A DNA stretch of 63,403 nt, counting the filler, from Choristocarpus tenellus KU-1152 (lineage: Eukaryota > Protista > Phaeophyceae): assembly GCA_964200185.2 (NCBI GenBank). It is 14 parts of 14 records of this genome, joined end to end, with 100 filler letters (N's around TTAATTAATTAA, not from the genome) between each part and the next. Parts side by side here need not be neighbours in the genome. Positions count along the whole stretch, not along the records: positions 37,738 to 40,874 come from CAXNAD020022052.1; positions 40,975 to 45,626 come from CAXNAD020013625.1; positions 45,727 to 53,957 come from CAXNAD020004962.1; 11 more parts are not named here. One strand, 5' to 3'. Shown in pieces: positions 38,833 to 53,260 of the stretch; within the stretch, counting starts at the first letter, position 1; the number at the start of each line of letters is the position of its first letter. Both the position numbers and the translations under genes were made by a program. The notes under the pieces are model-generated. The model was not told the origin of the DNA. It did no database searches and saw nothing but the letters and a program-made list of their open reading frames with translations.

Positions 38833-40053
38833 TGAAGAATTTGTTTGATTTGTGGCACGATGGTGTGAGGCTGTGAGTAGTTTCGAGGAATGAGCTTGAA
38901 GACGAGTTCTGCGATCTGCAGGCGAGGTGTACATGAGCGTGTGGGATATGCAAAAATAATTTTTGCAGCGTAACCCTTCCCTCAAAGACATGTTCATTTA
39001 TTTAGACAGTACATTGTTTCTTTGTGTGCTAGGTATGGTGCGGTAAATACTTTATGGTATTGATGTATGAGTTGGAAGCAGTCATTTCATTGTAGTCATG
39101 ATTGGGCCAGTTGTTTGATGCTGCACTTGTATTGACGAGGAGCAAAGCAGTGAAAGCGTTGTTATTACTAAGTATCATTTTGTGCTTGGCATACTGGATT
39201 CGAGACTACTGGACACATAGAACTCATTGTGTAGCTGTACAATCCAGGAACAGTCAATTTGACTGTTTCATGTAACTTCAGGTACACAATAAAACTTCCA
39301 ACTGTTGGTAGACTTCTTACATCAATCTTTTTTCACTGTCATGCTTGTTTGTGACTCAGTAGCCCTACAAGAAGGTGGGCAACAGCGTTGTATGTTGTAT
39401 TTTTTGGCAAAAGGTTGATGCTACAGCATGTGCTCTGTTGGGATTCACACTCAGTACATGGTACGTTTGGGTGACAATTTAGGTGCATTTATGGATTGGT
39501 GAAATAAATATTTGTGTGGCGTATGGTTTGTGCCAACAAACCTTGGTATTTGATTACCAGTTACTCCCACTTATTGCCGTAAACCCTAGAGAGTAGTGGT
39601 GGGGTTTGGGTTGAGAACAACACAATTTGGACAAGCAATGATGCTTTATGTGGCACATTGAAGTTCCTCCAGGTTGATGCCGATATAGGCGGAACTTTCC
39701 TTCCTCAACGAGTATCCATTGAATGTGTAACACTGGTGGCCTTCTGGGTCATATAGAACTTGCAAAGTCTTGTATTTGTATCTGGGTGCCTGCTGAACAG
39801 GGTGCCAATGTGTGTTGACCCACACTACCAGGCAAGATCCCCTATTTTTGCTGCCTTGAAACAGCTCAGCTATGATGCCCACCTCTCTGTAATTATTTGT
39901 CAAATTATTTCTCTTTATCTAGGGGATATGTTCCTCAGTAGTGAACATGGTCCTTTAAAATATGCAATTATGAAACAGGAAATTGAGTGCTATGGCACCG
40001 TAACATTAATTTATCGTGACAGTAAAACTAACTTCGATACAAATATATATATT

Positions 40054-40408
40054 TATTATGCCCTGTGACATTTTACAGATGTGTCAGGGGAAAAACCAAT
40101 GAAAAACCATCAATGTCAGAACAACCCCAGAAAAAGTAACGGTTATCGTAAATGTGATAGGCATTTTTCTGTTTACTATTTTACTACCAGCTATGCTAAG
40201 CCACTGCCCTCCTGTGCCTCTAACCTAGGTTTGTCCTGCATCCCAGGTTAAGTAAGAGGTAGGGAAGCATCCCACGAATTTAACCCTCTCCTTGCCCATC
40301 TTCCGCGTGTCTCCACCTAAAAACGTATGGCACGTCTAGATAGATCTACTTGTTGTGTTGTGGCAGACACTATCTTATATGGGATTTGACAGCCCCTTTC
40401 CTGCTGTA
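40054..40408 (-). mobile_element. Second truncated CRE-like LINE 3' end
   Basis: Colinear similarity to 13082-13517 (e.g. TACCAGCTATGCT, GGGAAGCATCCC, TTTGACAGCCCCTTTCCTGCTGT). Confidence 0.65.
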
Positions 40409-40974
40409 TTTCTTATTTTGTAAACGGATTTTTCTTAGGTGCTGATTCGAACCATACGTAGTAGTAGCATACGATTAGATGTGGGAATGCATTCCTTAGT
40501 GCTGTTCCAGTCAATCGCTTGAATAAGCCAGATTACATTTCCTAAGTGAGAAGTGCGTCTATCAATACTGAGCAGTTTTCCGAATGAGTCATCCAGGACA
40601 ATTAACCTTGGTCACCACATTTTCAGTTTGGCGTTACAACCTCTGGGCATTCAGTTCCCCCAGTTGGACTGGTTGCATTGCGCATCAAGTGAATGTGTAT
40701 ACATCAAGCGGTGTAAAAAATTGCATCCCAAAAAATATGTATCTCCCAAGAAGCAATAATTGAGATCATCCCAAGTAAGACTAGAAACTTGAACTGATCC
40801 AAAGTATGGGGGGGGGGGGGGAGGAGCCCCAGGAAGTTAATTGAAGACTATTGGGAGACAACACACCACAAAACNNNNNNNNNNNNNNNNNNNNNNNNNN
40901 NNNNNNNNNNNNNNNNNNTTAATTAATTAANNNNNNNNNNNNNNNNNNNNNNNNNNNNNNNNNNNNNNNNNNNN

Positions 40975-41042
40975 ACATACATACATACATACATACATAC
41001 ATACATACATACATACATACATACATACATACATACATACAT
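40975..41042. repeat. (TACA)n microsatellite
   Basis: Direct inspection. Confidence 0.95.
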
Positions 41043-41797
41043 AGTATAGTCGATTTAACTTACGTAGTCATCAATTCTTTCGATTCACAACACTAGGAAA
41101 AATCTCCCTAGCTTTTTCCCCTCTGCTTCTTGTCAAAATTCGGCGTTTGTTGGGACTGGTGACTCGTACTTGGTGGGAGGTGAAGTAACTCTTCTTCTAT
41201 CAAGGAAGATATTGACATGCTGAAGAGGAAAGGAGAGGAAGGCAAAGTGTGCAGGGCAAGGTAGCGGATTCGCAATATAAGGGGGTTGCAGAAGTCGTAG
41301 TGGTAGTGGAGGCGGAGGTGGGGAAGGCAGACAAAAAAAGTAAAACAGGGCAGGGCCAGTCAATATGCTCTCCAGGGACAGAGGGGTAGGCGGCGGGAAA
41401 GGAAATGGTCGTGGAGATGGAAGCAGGGGAGGCGGTGAAGTAGCTTCAAGTTCCATTGCAGCAACGACTGGAGAGGAGGATATCGTAGCTGATGCTGAGC
41501 CCTCTTTGACGGGTGTACCATCCTGTGGTTGGACAAAGACGAGGAGAAGCATGACAATTCCTGATATTCCGACTTCCATGCTTGCGTTGTGGTTTATATA
41601 TATCAACAGAAGGATATGAGGATACAGTCATAGAATATGTTGAATTGTGGTTGTTCACCTTTGGTTGTTGCTGTGTGTCAGCTGTGTCTGTATGTGGATT
41701 TTCACTTATGTATTACTTACTATCACTGGCATTGGTCTGACGCCTGATGCTTTGCTGTGGTCCTGCACCCGTGTGAGAACCTTCCGGGAGCAAGTGT

Positions 41798-42035
41798 GAG
41801 TCAAAGAATCTTAGAGGGTAGAGCCGTGTCCAATTGGGTCCAAAATCCAATGTTGCCATATTGATGTAATTTTGGATATCGTTTTTATTAGCAAGTGTCG
41901 ATATATTGTTTTGGTATACATTTTACCTACTCCAAAACATTTCGGAGTAGGTAAAATGTAATAAAAAACTTGGGGAAGTCAAGCCCCAAACGGACAAACA
42001 GGGCAAAACTCGTACCCTCTAAGATACTTTCACTC
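41798..42035 (+). mobile_element. MITE subtype A (TSD imperfect)
   Basis: GAGTCAAAGAATCTTAGAGGGTA ... TACCCTCTAAGATACTTTCACTC. Confidence 0.9.
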
Positions 42036-42299
42036 TCGTGTCAACGATCAGTTCAGGGGTGATCATTGTCTTGCAAATATTTTTTGAAATCAGCAAAAGG
42101 TAAACCTCATAAAAGGGGAGGCTGGCCACAAAGAAACAAACCTGGAATAATATCCATCAGATGAGATCATGTGGCTACTGTAGAAGTAGATTCTGTGATG
42201 TTTTGCACAATGTGTTACGAATGATGTTACAACCGAATTAGTAAGGTCAAGCTCCTCAATATAGTGTCAAAGTTCGAGCCCCATTTTTTTCATCTTTGT

Positions 42300-42830
42300 A
42301 GGAAGATGCTATTGACTTTGTCAAAGAACTCAGGGTTTCCTTCCATATGTCAAAAGAAGCCCTTGTTCCTTGTTGAGTGGGATTGGGTCAAATTTGTCAT
42401 GCAGGGCGTGCTACAAAGAGGAGATGTAGTTCGCACCCTCTTGCCCACTATTAGAACTACACCCTGCCCAACACCTGAGTCTGTAGGGTAGAGCAGGTCC
42501 AGGAGGAGAATCTAGAACAGGATGGCAGCAGAATGGAAGAGGACAAGTCACAAGAGGAGAAAGACTTTGAGCACAAGAAGTGCAATTGATTTGTAACATT
42601 ACATGCCTTTTTTGACTTCCTGGTGTGCAGTCTGGGAGGAAAAGCCATAGTTGAATACTTACACAAGTTAGTCAAAGTGTGAATAACCTTGCTGCACGCT
42701 TCTGGGGACTATGACGAGGCATATTCTAGAACAGAGCACGAACAGGACAAAGACCAAGACCCCTAAGTGCCTCCACGTTCACACGATGGAAGTAGTCATG
42801 CAGATATCTCTTGCGGAACACCTGAATTTA
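42300..42830 (+). pseudogene. Decayed hAT transposase C-terminal dimerization region
   Basis: EAYSR../TNRTKTKTPKCLHVHTMEVVMQISL resembles the hAT consensus ERxFSxxNxIKTKxRNRLxxxTLxxLMxISL. Confidence 0.45.
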
Positions 42831-43113
42831 GGAGTTTGTTGATCTTCACAATGCTGAAACCTCAATATTTCCTTACATGACATATTCATAGATGGCAGCA
42901 CCACTGCAAACGATGATTGATCCAAACACCGGTACAGGATGATACGTGACAGGCTAGTGGGTCTAAGGGTGGTGCTGAGAATGGGAGAGGGATACGGTGT
43001 AGAATGTACTGAATGAAGTACTGTATTGAATTGTTATTTTATGGTAGATGAGGATTATGTCTCCCCAACAAACAATACAACATACATTTTCAGCATATAT
43101 ATAGGGTATGTCA

Positions 43114-43371
43114 GAGTCAAAGTATCTTAGAGGGTATAGCCCCGTCCGTTTAGGGGCCAAAATCCAATGTTGCAATTTTGATGTAATTTTGGCTATAGTG
43201 TTTGTTAGGAGGTGTCAATATCCTTGCTCTGGACGCACCGTTTCATAACCTATACATTACACCTACCTCGACACATTTCGGAGTAGGAAAATGTAATAAA
43301 AACCCCGTAGGAAGTCAAGCCTCAAACGGACTTCTAGGGCAAACCTCGTACCCTCTAAGATACTTTCACTC
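43114..43371 (+). mobile_element. MITE subtype A, 3-bp TSD TCA
   Basis: GAGTCAAAGTATCTTAGAGGGTA ... TACCCTCTAAGATACTTTCACTC; TCA on both flanks. Confidence 0.92.
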
Positions 43372-45925
43372 TCATTGAAATTATTTTTTTGTAACACAGT
43401 TGAACATTAGAGAGTCCATCTCCTAAATACCTACCCCCCACAACTGGTCTCATGAGGAAGTACCACAGAGCGCTATAATAGTCTTTTTCGGAGTGATATG
43501 ATTTGCCGAGATGATTAGAACATACAGTACAGTTGGTTACTGAAGGTAAGTATCTTCTTCGCTAGAATGTTCGTATAGATAGAGTATTTCGTACGACAGG
43601 TTTTATATTAAATACAATTTACAGATTGAAGCTTATTTTATATATTAGATTTCAAACTATTTTTTTTTAACTTTCTGAGTTTCTTTTCAACTATTAATTG
43701 TTTTATTGAACCTTATAATAATGAATCATTCCGGAAAATTTCTTATATTGAGACCCATCGTCCATATCAAGTGCCGTAAAACTGAAAGATAGGTTGCTCC
43801 AGCCACAATCACACACAAAGATACATACATGAACCTCACTACTACAACTTCCAGGGTTGGTTTATGAGCTAATGAATGGCTTAGTGATCCGTTCCTCTAC
43901 CTGCCTTGAATTGTTTCCTGACTGGGACCCTCCCAGAGCCATCTCCTACAGGAAGATCGCCTCGATATCACTTCTCTTCTTCTGTCAACACTGCACTGAA
44001 CCTTCACCATTCCCACGTGGAGATCCCTCCGACTGTACCTGTGATACCCCTCCCCATTGATGTTGTCATCATTGACCATACCCACTGAGCCTTTTGAGCG
44101 TTTTTTTTTGGGGGGGGCGTATTTGAGGAGGAAAGCACAATAATAGTAGTCTTTGCTGTGCGCGCGCTCAACATCCAAACCCATGCTGTACTTTCAGAAT
44201 ACTTTCCCCCCTAAACATCGTCATAAATCACACTGCATGGGCAATTTGGGGCGTCGCCTATCCTCTGCACGTTTCATTTTTCTTCACAACAAGATCAATG
44301 AGATCGACGTACTTACTGGATGTTCTCTTGCTTTATGGGGGCGTATCTAGGTTCAACATTTGTGCTCTTTACCGCTCCATACTGAGCACCGTCCTTCATA
44401 ATAGGTGGCAGTATTGTGTCTGTATCCACAGCAGGATCATGTTGCCATTCATTACCTGCTCCATGTCCCCCCTAAAGCAGGTTGACATCAGATCTTGCAC
44501 CACTACGAGCCTCAGTAGCCTGGGTGGGGGACACCATCACCAGGAGCGACTGTGGCCAAAGGCTTGAGCTTGAGCATCCTGCACATTTCACTTGCTGTAC
44601 TAGACACCATCCCTCTTCATGTCAAAGCTCCCCAAAGCAAAGCGACTAAAAAAAGCGCAACTCTTTATCTGGGTGAACGACACAACAAGTAGGTACCTGA
44701 CATGGATTCTATTTGACGGTCATTCCAGATCACTGGGAAGAGAAGACCCCAGTTCAACTTGGAATATCTTTTTCACATGCATCCCACGATGAAGCCGGTC
44801 TATTGGCACTCGTTGCTCCCCATTAAAAGATGTCGAACCTGATTCTACTGCACTAAACGTCAAATTATTTGTTAGTCAATCTACGAAGAATCACGTTCCC
44901 TCTCATACGGATTTTGGTAAATAAGCTCTGAGGGCAGCACACTAGGGACAAGTCAAGGGTGGACGCAAGTTTAGATATATTAATTCCACTCTGCAAAGGA
45001 AAGAGCATCTACTTAACGACAAAGTGTGCAGATCCTTTCCCCTTTAGAGCTACCTGTACCTCCTGTCTACGCCCAGGTTCCAGGTGTCTGGGCATCAAAA
45101 TTGTTGGATTCCGCTGGTTATCCTACGGTAGCACTTCTACAAAAAGACTTTTTGTTAACTGTACTACAATAAATAGCTAACTCGGCAAAATTTGCCTGTC
45201 CAATCCCCTCCTGCTGTGCATCGCAGTGACTTTATAGTGTATGTGTACGTCTGAGGACAGGGAATTGATGATAATGAGGTTTACTGCAACCTCACCAACG
45301 GTTAGCCTACCTGCTCTTCTCTTTGTCGACTCTGAATAGCCCACTGTCCACCTCCCCAACCACAACGCATTCCAAACTTGTGTTCCGACTCAAGTCTCAA
45401 GGGGTAGCATCCAGAGTATTTCTTATCTACATTTTACAGTTTGGTGGATCTGCACGTTTTATTTACCTGTTGTGGTGGTGCTGCTGCTATTGTTGTGGAA
45501 GACAGTGATGATCTCGTGTTCTTCAAGTTTTGAATCAGTGGATCTTGCTACAAATAACAGCGGATCATGATAATGGCGGATGGATCATTTCATGGAGGAT
45601 GGGTTTGACCGAAATGGTGGGCGGAANNNNNNNNNNNNNNNNNNNNNNNNNNNNNNNNNNNNNNNNNNNNTTAATTAATTAANNNNNNNNNNNNNNNNNN
45701 NNNNNNNNNNNNNNNNNNNNNNNNNNATAATCTCAAGTTTCAACTGACGAGCGATTTCTAGAACATTACAGCCACTCCAACCTGCCTCTACCCTCCCCCC
45801 CCTCCCCCCCCCCCCCTCCTGCCACCTCACCTCAAGGTAAGGTTAAGTCATCCCTCCAAGTTGCGAAGCGTTGTATACACAATTGTCCAAGTGAACTATG
45901 CTTGCTCAAAAGCTTCTACACTTGC

Positions 45926-48900
45926 CTCGTCCAAAAGGTTTCTCACAGAACTCCCGTCTCCAATCAGGGGAAGGAGGCCCCTCAGCTTGTCCAGGAAACC
46001 ACTGACTTTTCGATGTAGCCAGGATGACAGCACTTCCTCCCTGCTTCAGTAGGCAGCCAGTCACATGAGGGTCAGGTGTAAGGGAGGAGTGAGGCTGGAC
46101 TGAGAGGGAGAGTTGATGTTTGTAGGAAAGGAATAGGAAATATGCACCAGAGACAACCAAAAGCCCAGTGCATTTCATGGGAGCTGTTTGCATTTGAATT
46201 TCTCTTGAGTTGGGAAGGAGAGGGGAGCTAAGGAGCTACCGGTCTCACCACTGCCCTGATTCTTGAACTATTCATAAAGTAATACAAAGGTTACTGAACC
46301 TCACGCACTATCTTCCATACTAGAGGCATTTGCTTACCGTCCACCTGCACTCTCAGAGCCCCCCGCCAAACCCTTATCCCCCAGTGATGATCTTTTCACC
46401 CCAGTCATGCCCTTTGGTATCCCATTTTCTGATCCAACCCCCCCCCCTCCACCCGTAGTTCTGAACCCATCTGTCAAGAATATGGCCTTGAATTGTGTTG
46501 CAATTTCAAACCAATGAGACCTGCTCCTTTCAATCAGGTCTACCAGGTACTGCCGCATGGAATTGAGGAAAGTGCAGTTTTGTCAAGAGAGGGTAGGGGA
46601 GTATCAACAGCTGCAGACAGCGAAAGCAAGGTCATGAGAGAAGAAAAAAGGGAAGAGGTACTCGAGGTAGAAAAAAAATAGCAAACAAGACACATGGTGC
46701 ATGCAGAAGAGAGGCAACCTAAACGGGGAACAGACAGCTGTTTAAAACAGAACAGGCACCTCTGAGGTGTTGCTTGAGAACCTAAAGGGGGCAAGCCAAA
46801 GTCTGGGAGGGCATGCCCAACACCATGGATATTAAGACGAGACACCTGAAACAGTCGTTGGAAGTAATGTTACATATGTTACATACAGTTTCCAACACAT
46901 AAACACGCACACACACACACATGTATGTTTGATCTAAGCTGTGGGTGTCCCACTCTGACAACCTGTTCCACTTTCCTAGCAGTTGCCCTCTTGCTCTAAC
47001 CAAATCTTGTTGTGGTGCAATCACACAACACCTCCCCATCCCCACTCCAAAAAACGAGATTAGTCTATCTTTAAACACTCCATCAATACATGGCCACACA
47101 CACACACACACACCTGGTACGGGCTGGCCTTGGTTCTGCTCCCTGTTCCCAGATCCCCGTCCAAACCCACCCTGCCCTTTGCACTATCCATCACACTTTC
47201 TAACCAGACATCTCGGGCCTCAAGGAAGTCGACCTACAGAGATCAATCATGCAACAACAAACAGGCAACAACACCTAAAATTAGACTGAACAATTCCACT
47301 ACTCATGGATTTGTTCACTGGTGTACACGCGAGGAGGTGGAGCAGAGGGAGAACACTAAGGGTGGGGTGGGGTAAGACTCGGCAGAGTTTTCTTAAACAA
47401 ACAAGGGCATCCTTGAGTTCAATCCCCTAGCTTGCAGCGATGTTAACAACACACAGCCGCCGTCTTCACGACCCCTTTGCCCCACCCATCCCTCATTTGC
47501 AAGGGCTTCATCTTGCCTGCAGTTTCATTTCCACCATGCGCAACTGCTCTGGTGTGACACCACCTCCTCCCCTGCTCCCCCCAGTGCCACACCTCGAGAC
47601 TCCTGTGGCGGCTACGGTAGTCACAACCAAACGGGAGGCGTTCTGACGCCGCTGCTTTTTCTCTTCCAAGGCCAGCAGCTCCAATTGGCGGAGGCAAGAG
47701 ACAATCTATTATTGTCGTGACAATAACAGATTGATCAGGGAAATGAAGATGGAGAGGAAGGAGGGCAGGGATGGGGTGGGTGGGTGCATGGGTGGGGGGA
47801 AGGGGAGGATTGAGTTAGTTGCATGAGGTCAACATTTGATGGGGATGGTTTACAGTATTTGTTGAGAGTTATAACTGGGTTTACAAATATACACTGGCAA
47901 AGAAGTTTCTAGAGAATGCAAAAGGACCTCAGTGAAGTAGGAGTGTTCAAGGGAGGGAGTGACTTTTGTTCTGCTTCATTTTTCATATAAAATGTGTACT
48001 TTGTAGATAAAATTGGGGATACACCCTAGACATTGTAGCAGGCCAACTGCAAGCAGGTACCATGACATATGATTGAATCAACAAAAACATGCATTCGTGG
48101 TATATACAAAACTCCACTCCTTTCAAGGTAAGAGGGAAAAATCCCGACTCTGAAGTCTGAGATTGGCAATGGCGTAGAGCAATCCTAAAGAACAATTCTT
48201 AAAAAGAGTATTACTTTTCAAGCAAGTGATTACTATGCTTATACAACAACACCACAAACCACAAACCACAAAGCTAGATTGCCTTCAGAGCCCGGAAGAA
48301 GGATGGCCAGGAGAGGGGGTGGAGAGATCGAATGTGGGGTTGGTTAAGCCCCCTAGGAGAGAAAGTGTGTGTGAGAAGGAAGCACTTCAAGCTCAACACA
48401 AAAAGGCCTGAGAGGGGGCAAGGGCCTACAGGAGCATATATGACACCTGCAGGGAGGTGGTGAGTTGGATGGGACCCCTGAGTTTTGCCAAGAGTCGCTC
48501 GTGGAGCCCAACTGTACTTTCCCGAACTTCCTTCACCAGCATGCGCACCACACCTTAGACAATAAGATACAAAGGTGAATTGACACAGCTGGAGTAAAGC
48601 AGGTGGAACATGGGGGTATGATTGGCACTTCCCCACAGTGCACTCTGCATCGACCAATTTCATTATGCACAAAGCTCCTCACCACCACTCCCCTCACCTC
48701 CAGTGCACTAGGGAATCTAGAAATGCCACTCATTTACATGCAATTTGTGGGAGCTGTAAACAAAATGGTGTCAGGAACTTTCAAGGTATGTCAATAGCAG
48801 TGAAGTTTTCTAGAGGTTGAACCAGACAGACTCCACATTGTTACTGTGGCAAAGTTGATCAGGAAACCAGGGTAAAGTCAAGAGTCATTCACATGACATA

Positions 48901-51900
48901 GCATCACACGGCATGATGTAACTAGATAACATTATTTTCTGACCTGGAACATGGTCCTCGCCAGTTGTTTTCCCAGCTGCACCAAGTCCTCCAAGCTCCT
49001 TTACGATAGGATCTTCGCTGTTCCTGGCGATGTAAGCCATTGGCATGCGAATGAACACATGGACCAGGTAGGCAGTCAGTGATGCTGTGAAGTCAGGTAG
49101 ACATGGTCAAGCATACACAGGGTATACCCCACCCTGAGTCAAGGTAAAGGTTCAGGTGCTTGATACCCCATTTTCCCAATTATTCTGAAAATGAGAGTGA
49201 TAGAAGCATGAACAAAAAACCTAGTATTTCTTTGCCTTAGTCTTCAAACTTACTACCAGCAACAAATAGACCAATTTGCAGGCTAACCAAGCAATACGAA
49301 GTGCTGTCTCAAGGACTACTACATCTTCTCTACAAGTAGGGTAGGCATCCTATCTCCTGAATATATCCACCAAAAAAGCATCACTGCTCTTAACACACAC
49401 AAAGTCAAGACAGAAACACAGTTATGCAGGCACTTAATCTCCCTCACACCCTCCATCCCTACTGCTGACAGATCCCCAACAGTCCTCTCACTCTCGTGAT
49501 GGGAGGCGTCTGTCCCAGTGCCTGCGCTCAAGAGTCCCTGCAAAGGTGGCAAGGCTAAGTGCCTCCTGGTATAAGTCATTGCGAACACAAGCATCCATGA
49601 GCTGTGGCACTTCTAGTAGCTCCACCAACTGCAAATGCATACAACATACACAGACGGAAAACCATGGAGGGGAAGGTGGAGAGCACTGAGTGTTAGTTAC
49701 AACAGGGCAGGGGCACACATCAGGGGGTGTGGGTGAAGGGAGGATGAAATGCTGGTGAATGGGGGAGGGTAAACAGAGGATGGGGGGTCAATGAATGGAG
49801 ACCAATAGTGTATTTCAGGTCAATGGGAATGGCAAAAGGGAAGAGTATTGGGACAACATAGTGAAGATGAATCAGGATATGATATGATGTAAGATTGAAT
49901 GGTATGACAGAACAAAACAGGAAAGAGAAGGAAGTGACTGATCATTGTAGAAGACAATGAATCAATCAACACGAGTCACTTTTCAAGTCATTGGTGTTTT
50001 TAGCCATGTCATTTCTCACCCACACGTTAATTATGGCATCAGAGTGAATCCACTGCGTAAGCCTTTTATACTGGGAAGGCAGTGAGAGGGATATCCAGGG
50101 GCATTTAACAATACCTGAATAAAAACAGGAACCATTCCTGCAAAAGCTTGTATTGCATCACCCACTAGATATAACCGGGCGAAAGATTTCATGGCACAAA
50201 ATCAATTCAATGGGCATGTGGGTGAGCTCCCCCTAGTTGGAGTCAACCCCAAGCAGAGGGCTACATGGGAAGTTTTGTACAATGAAGAAAATTGACCCAA
50301 ACTGCTACCATTATCGTAGAGATATAGATACAGACTCAACAAGGATCATAAAGATCATGCTGGAAACTTTTAGAAAATGCAATCAGTGTTGTGATTAAGA
50401 ACAATAAACAGTGCCTATGCTGTGCAAACATAGCCTCCGAAGAATTGGTTGCCTGCATGTGGTGCTTCAGTGTCTGCCTGTTTCGCTTGAGGCCATTGAT
50501 GAGCTCTGCCGCTTCCCTTTGAAAGCTTCCAAACTCTGAACTCAGACCGTCAACCTGTGAACATGTATCAACATGCACACATCATTGATAGGCGCAGGAG
50601 ATGGAATGGGACAGTTGGGGGAAGTGAAAGGTGTACATTGAAAATGGTTAGTGGGATTTGCAAGGCATATCTCCCGCCCTGAGCCTCCTTCAAAATAAAA
50701 CATTCCATGAAAGGGAGGTAGGAGAGTGTATGGGAAATGTAGTGTATAAGGGAAACGTAGTGCACATAAAACAGAAGTGTGAATTATCTGCAAGCTGGCC
50801 CAACAATTTATAATTTCGACTTGTCAGTATTGGGATTACAGTTATAATTGAAACAAACGATTTTTTTCTCCAAGCACAGCTGGGTGTACACCAATTAGTC
50901 TTGAGATTGTGTTGAGCTGGGACAAGGTTTGTGCAAAGAGGCAATGGTACATCGGACTCCTACACTTGGGTTGGAACACACAAGAGTATATGCCTCTTAC
51001 ACGCACGAATTAGCACCTCACCTCTGTCAGGAGAGAAGAGAGGTGGGTGTCCATAGCACTGCCCTGTGATTTAACATGCCGAACACATTCCTGATTTTGA
51101 ATGAAAACCCCATAATGGTCTAGGCTCAATGAGTGTAGGGCCTGCGGCAAGGTTTCGACAGAGGAAAGGTTGTGTTTGGAAGGCGGTGGGCGCATATCGG
51201 AGGATTGATCTTTGGCCCATAATCGGCAAGGGGCCCTTTACAGACCAGCAGTACTGGATGCAGTATTCGGTGTCCTTTCAATCTGACAAACGTGTGACAA
51301 TGCAATGGTAGCCCTAAACCAAACCCTTCGTCGATGTTGAGGCACAACCAAGAGAAGCACTATACACTCAATATGTTTACTGAATGCCAGCCTTGCAATA
51401 CCGAAAGCATACCAATCCAGCCAAGATCAATTTGACAAGAGTGTCATCTGTAAATCTGCGATGACTAAGCGCTGAGATTCCATGGGTTATTAAAACCAAA
51501 CTCAAACTCTCGCTTGCTCAAGAGCTAAGCAAGCTTCATAGAACATTCATAGGTTTGTTGCACTCTGGGTCAATGGGTGATGAGATCATGCGCTGGTACA
51601 TCTACAACTTGTTCCACTCAAGCGAAACAGCTGAATTCCCCCTACGAATGACTGCACCATAAGGACTGCGGATATATATGACTGGTGCTTCCGTTGACAA
51701 CGGCGATGCTTCAGAATTTGTGGAAGGTTGGACGGTCTGGGAAAACTCGCAAACCATGGCAAGTAGAAGAGTCTTGACTACAGACCTGATCCACCTCTGC
51801 TGCTTCCGAACGCAGACGAGAAGGTTCGAGTTGCAGTCTCTCCAGCCCCAGCGAGACTAGGGAGTGGACATAATCACTGGAGAGGTATAAGGAATCGATT

Positions 51901-51950
51901 CCCTCATCCACTGGTTCTGTACCATTGTTCCCACCCACTGGGTGCGACAT
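45926..51950 (-). CDS. COG8: Conserved oligomeric Golgi complex subunit 8 (Dor1), 3'-truncated; exons 51786-51950, 51022-51141, 50453-50554, 49492-49628, 48944-49023, 48447-48553, 47517-47705, 47114-47233, 46338-46549, 45926-46040
   Basis: RNRQTLKHHMQ|LVELLEVPQLMDACVRNDLYQEALSL, LRGPIQLTTSLQ|IVSCLRQL, VDFLEARDVWL, IERSRSHWFEIATQFKAIF, LSSWL; all exon phases join consistently. Confidence 0.92.
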
Positions 51951-53260
51951 AACTCCTCGACTTGTTGGACCAGAATACAAGGAAACTATAGGTTGTGATA
52001 TTTTGTGAGAGTTTGAGTGAGAACGTACAACCAATGCGGATATACAACATATTCTTCTACCATCGTCCAGATAGCCGCTATAAGGAAGACCTTGCCAGTT
52101 CGTGTACCACAGATTCAAACACCAATCTCATTAGGCCTTCTAAAGTAAGTGCCATCCTCTGTACGGTTTCCCCTACTAAACCTCCACGCTTTGACCCTGT
52201 GCTCACAGCTTGGATTGGTTACTTTTTCACTTCTGCCTTACGCCTGTTGATGACGTGGGAACTGATATGCTCAGTGTCCGTCCTTCTCTGCGCGTTTGGG
52301 GATGTGTCCTGCCTGGTTGGGTGTCAATAATAATCCTTTTTGGATTGATGGGGATTGAAATACCTTTGTTACAGCTGGCGAGGGAAGAAACAACCGCTGC
52401 AATGGCTACGGTACCAGTGATCTTGGCCCCGTCTATATGACGGTTTTCTCTGAACGTTTGGAGACGTTTGTCCATCCTTCAATCTGTCTTTGCCCCTGTC
52501 AGACAAGCCCTAATGTCTACCGAGGATGGCGCCACTCCAGTTTCCAACGATTCAGTAGATAGAAAACAGTCGAAGGTGCGAAACTTCACGTAGTGTTTTA
52601 GACCTCATTTGTCACTTAGGACCTTTACAGTGTGAGCAACAACATTAGATAGTCATAACCATTGCATGGACAAGAAGTGGCAAAAAGGAGGGCGTCAAGG
52701 ATACCCGTTGTACCGAATTGTCACCGCCTTCCGTTTACGATGTCCTACTTCGTGCGTGTAGTTCACAAGACAGTTCTTGAAAACGCACAAATAGTTCATC
52801 TCGCCAACATTAAATAGAAAGAAAAGTGCATCAGTAGAAACGTCTTAAATGTCACATTTCCATGCAGTCAACATCAGGAGGATAAACAATTCCGTTAATC
52901 TTGATGTCCACCTTGAAAATCAGTTCTGGAACCCGTTACCGTATGTTTCTCTCTGGTCGATATGTATTTCTTGGTCGTTGGTGTCTTGATTCTCCGTTTC
53001 GTACACAGTAGAGGTTATTCCCCAAATGCTCAATACTCCTGGGAAGTGGAAACTGCCAACATAACGTTAAACCCACAAAAACGAAGACTGCCCCCCTGTG
53101 TGCTGTTGTGCATGAGTAATGGGTTGCTCTTGACTCGCAGGCAATAGCGGAATGACTGACAATAGCAATAAACATTATGCTCCCCCTTCCCCTCGCCTCC
53201 TCATTCTTGCACGCTCCCCTAATCTATCTCCCACAACTCCTTCACCACTCCCCCCAAAAG

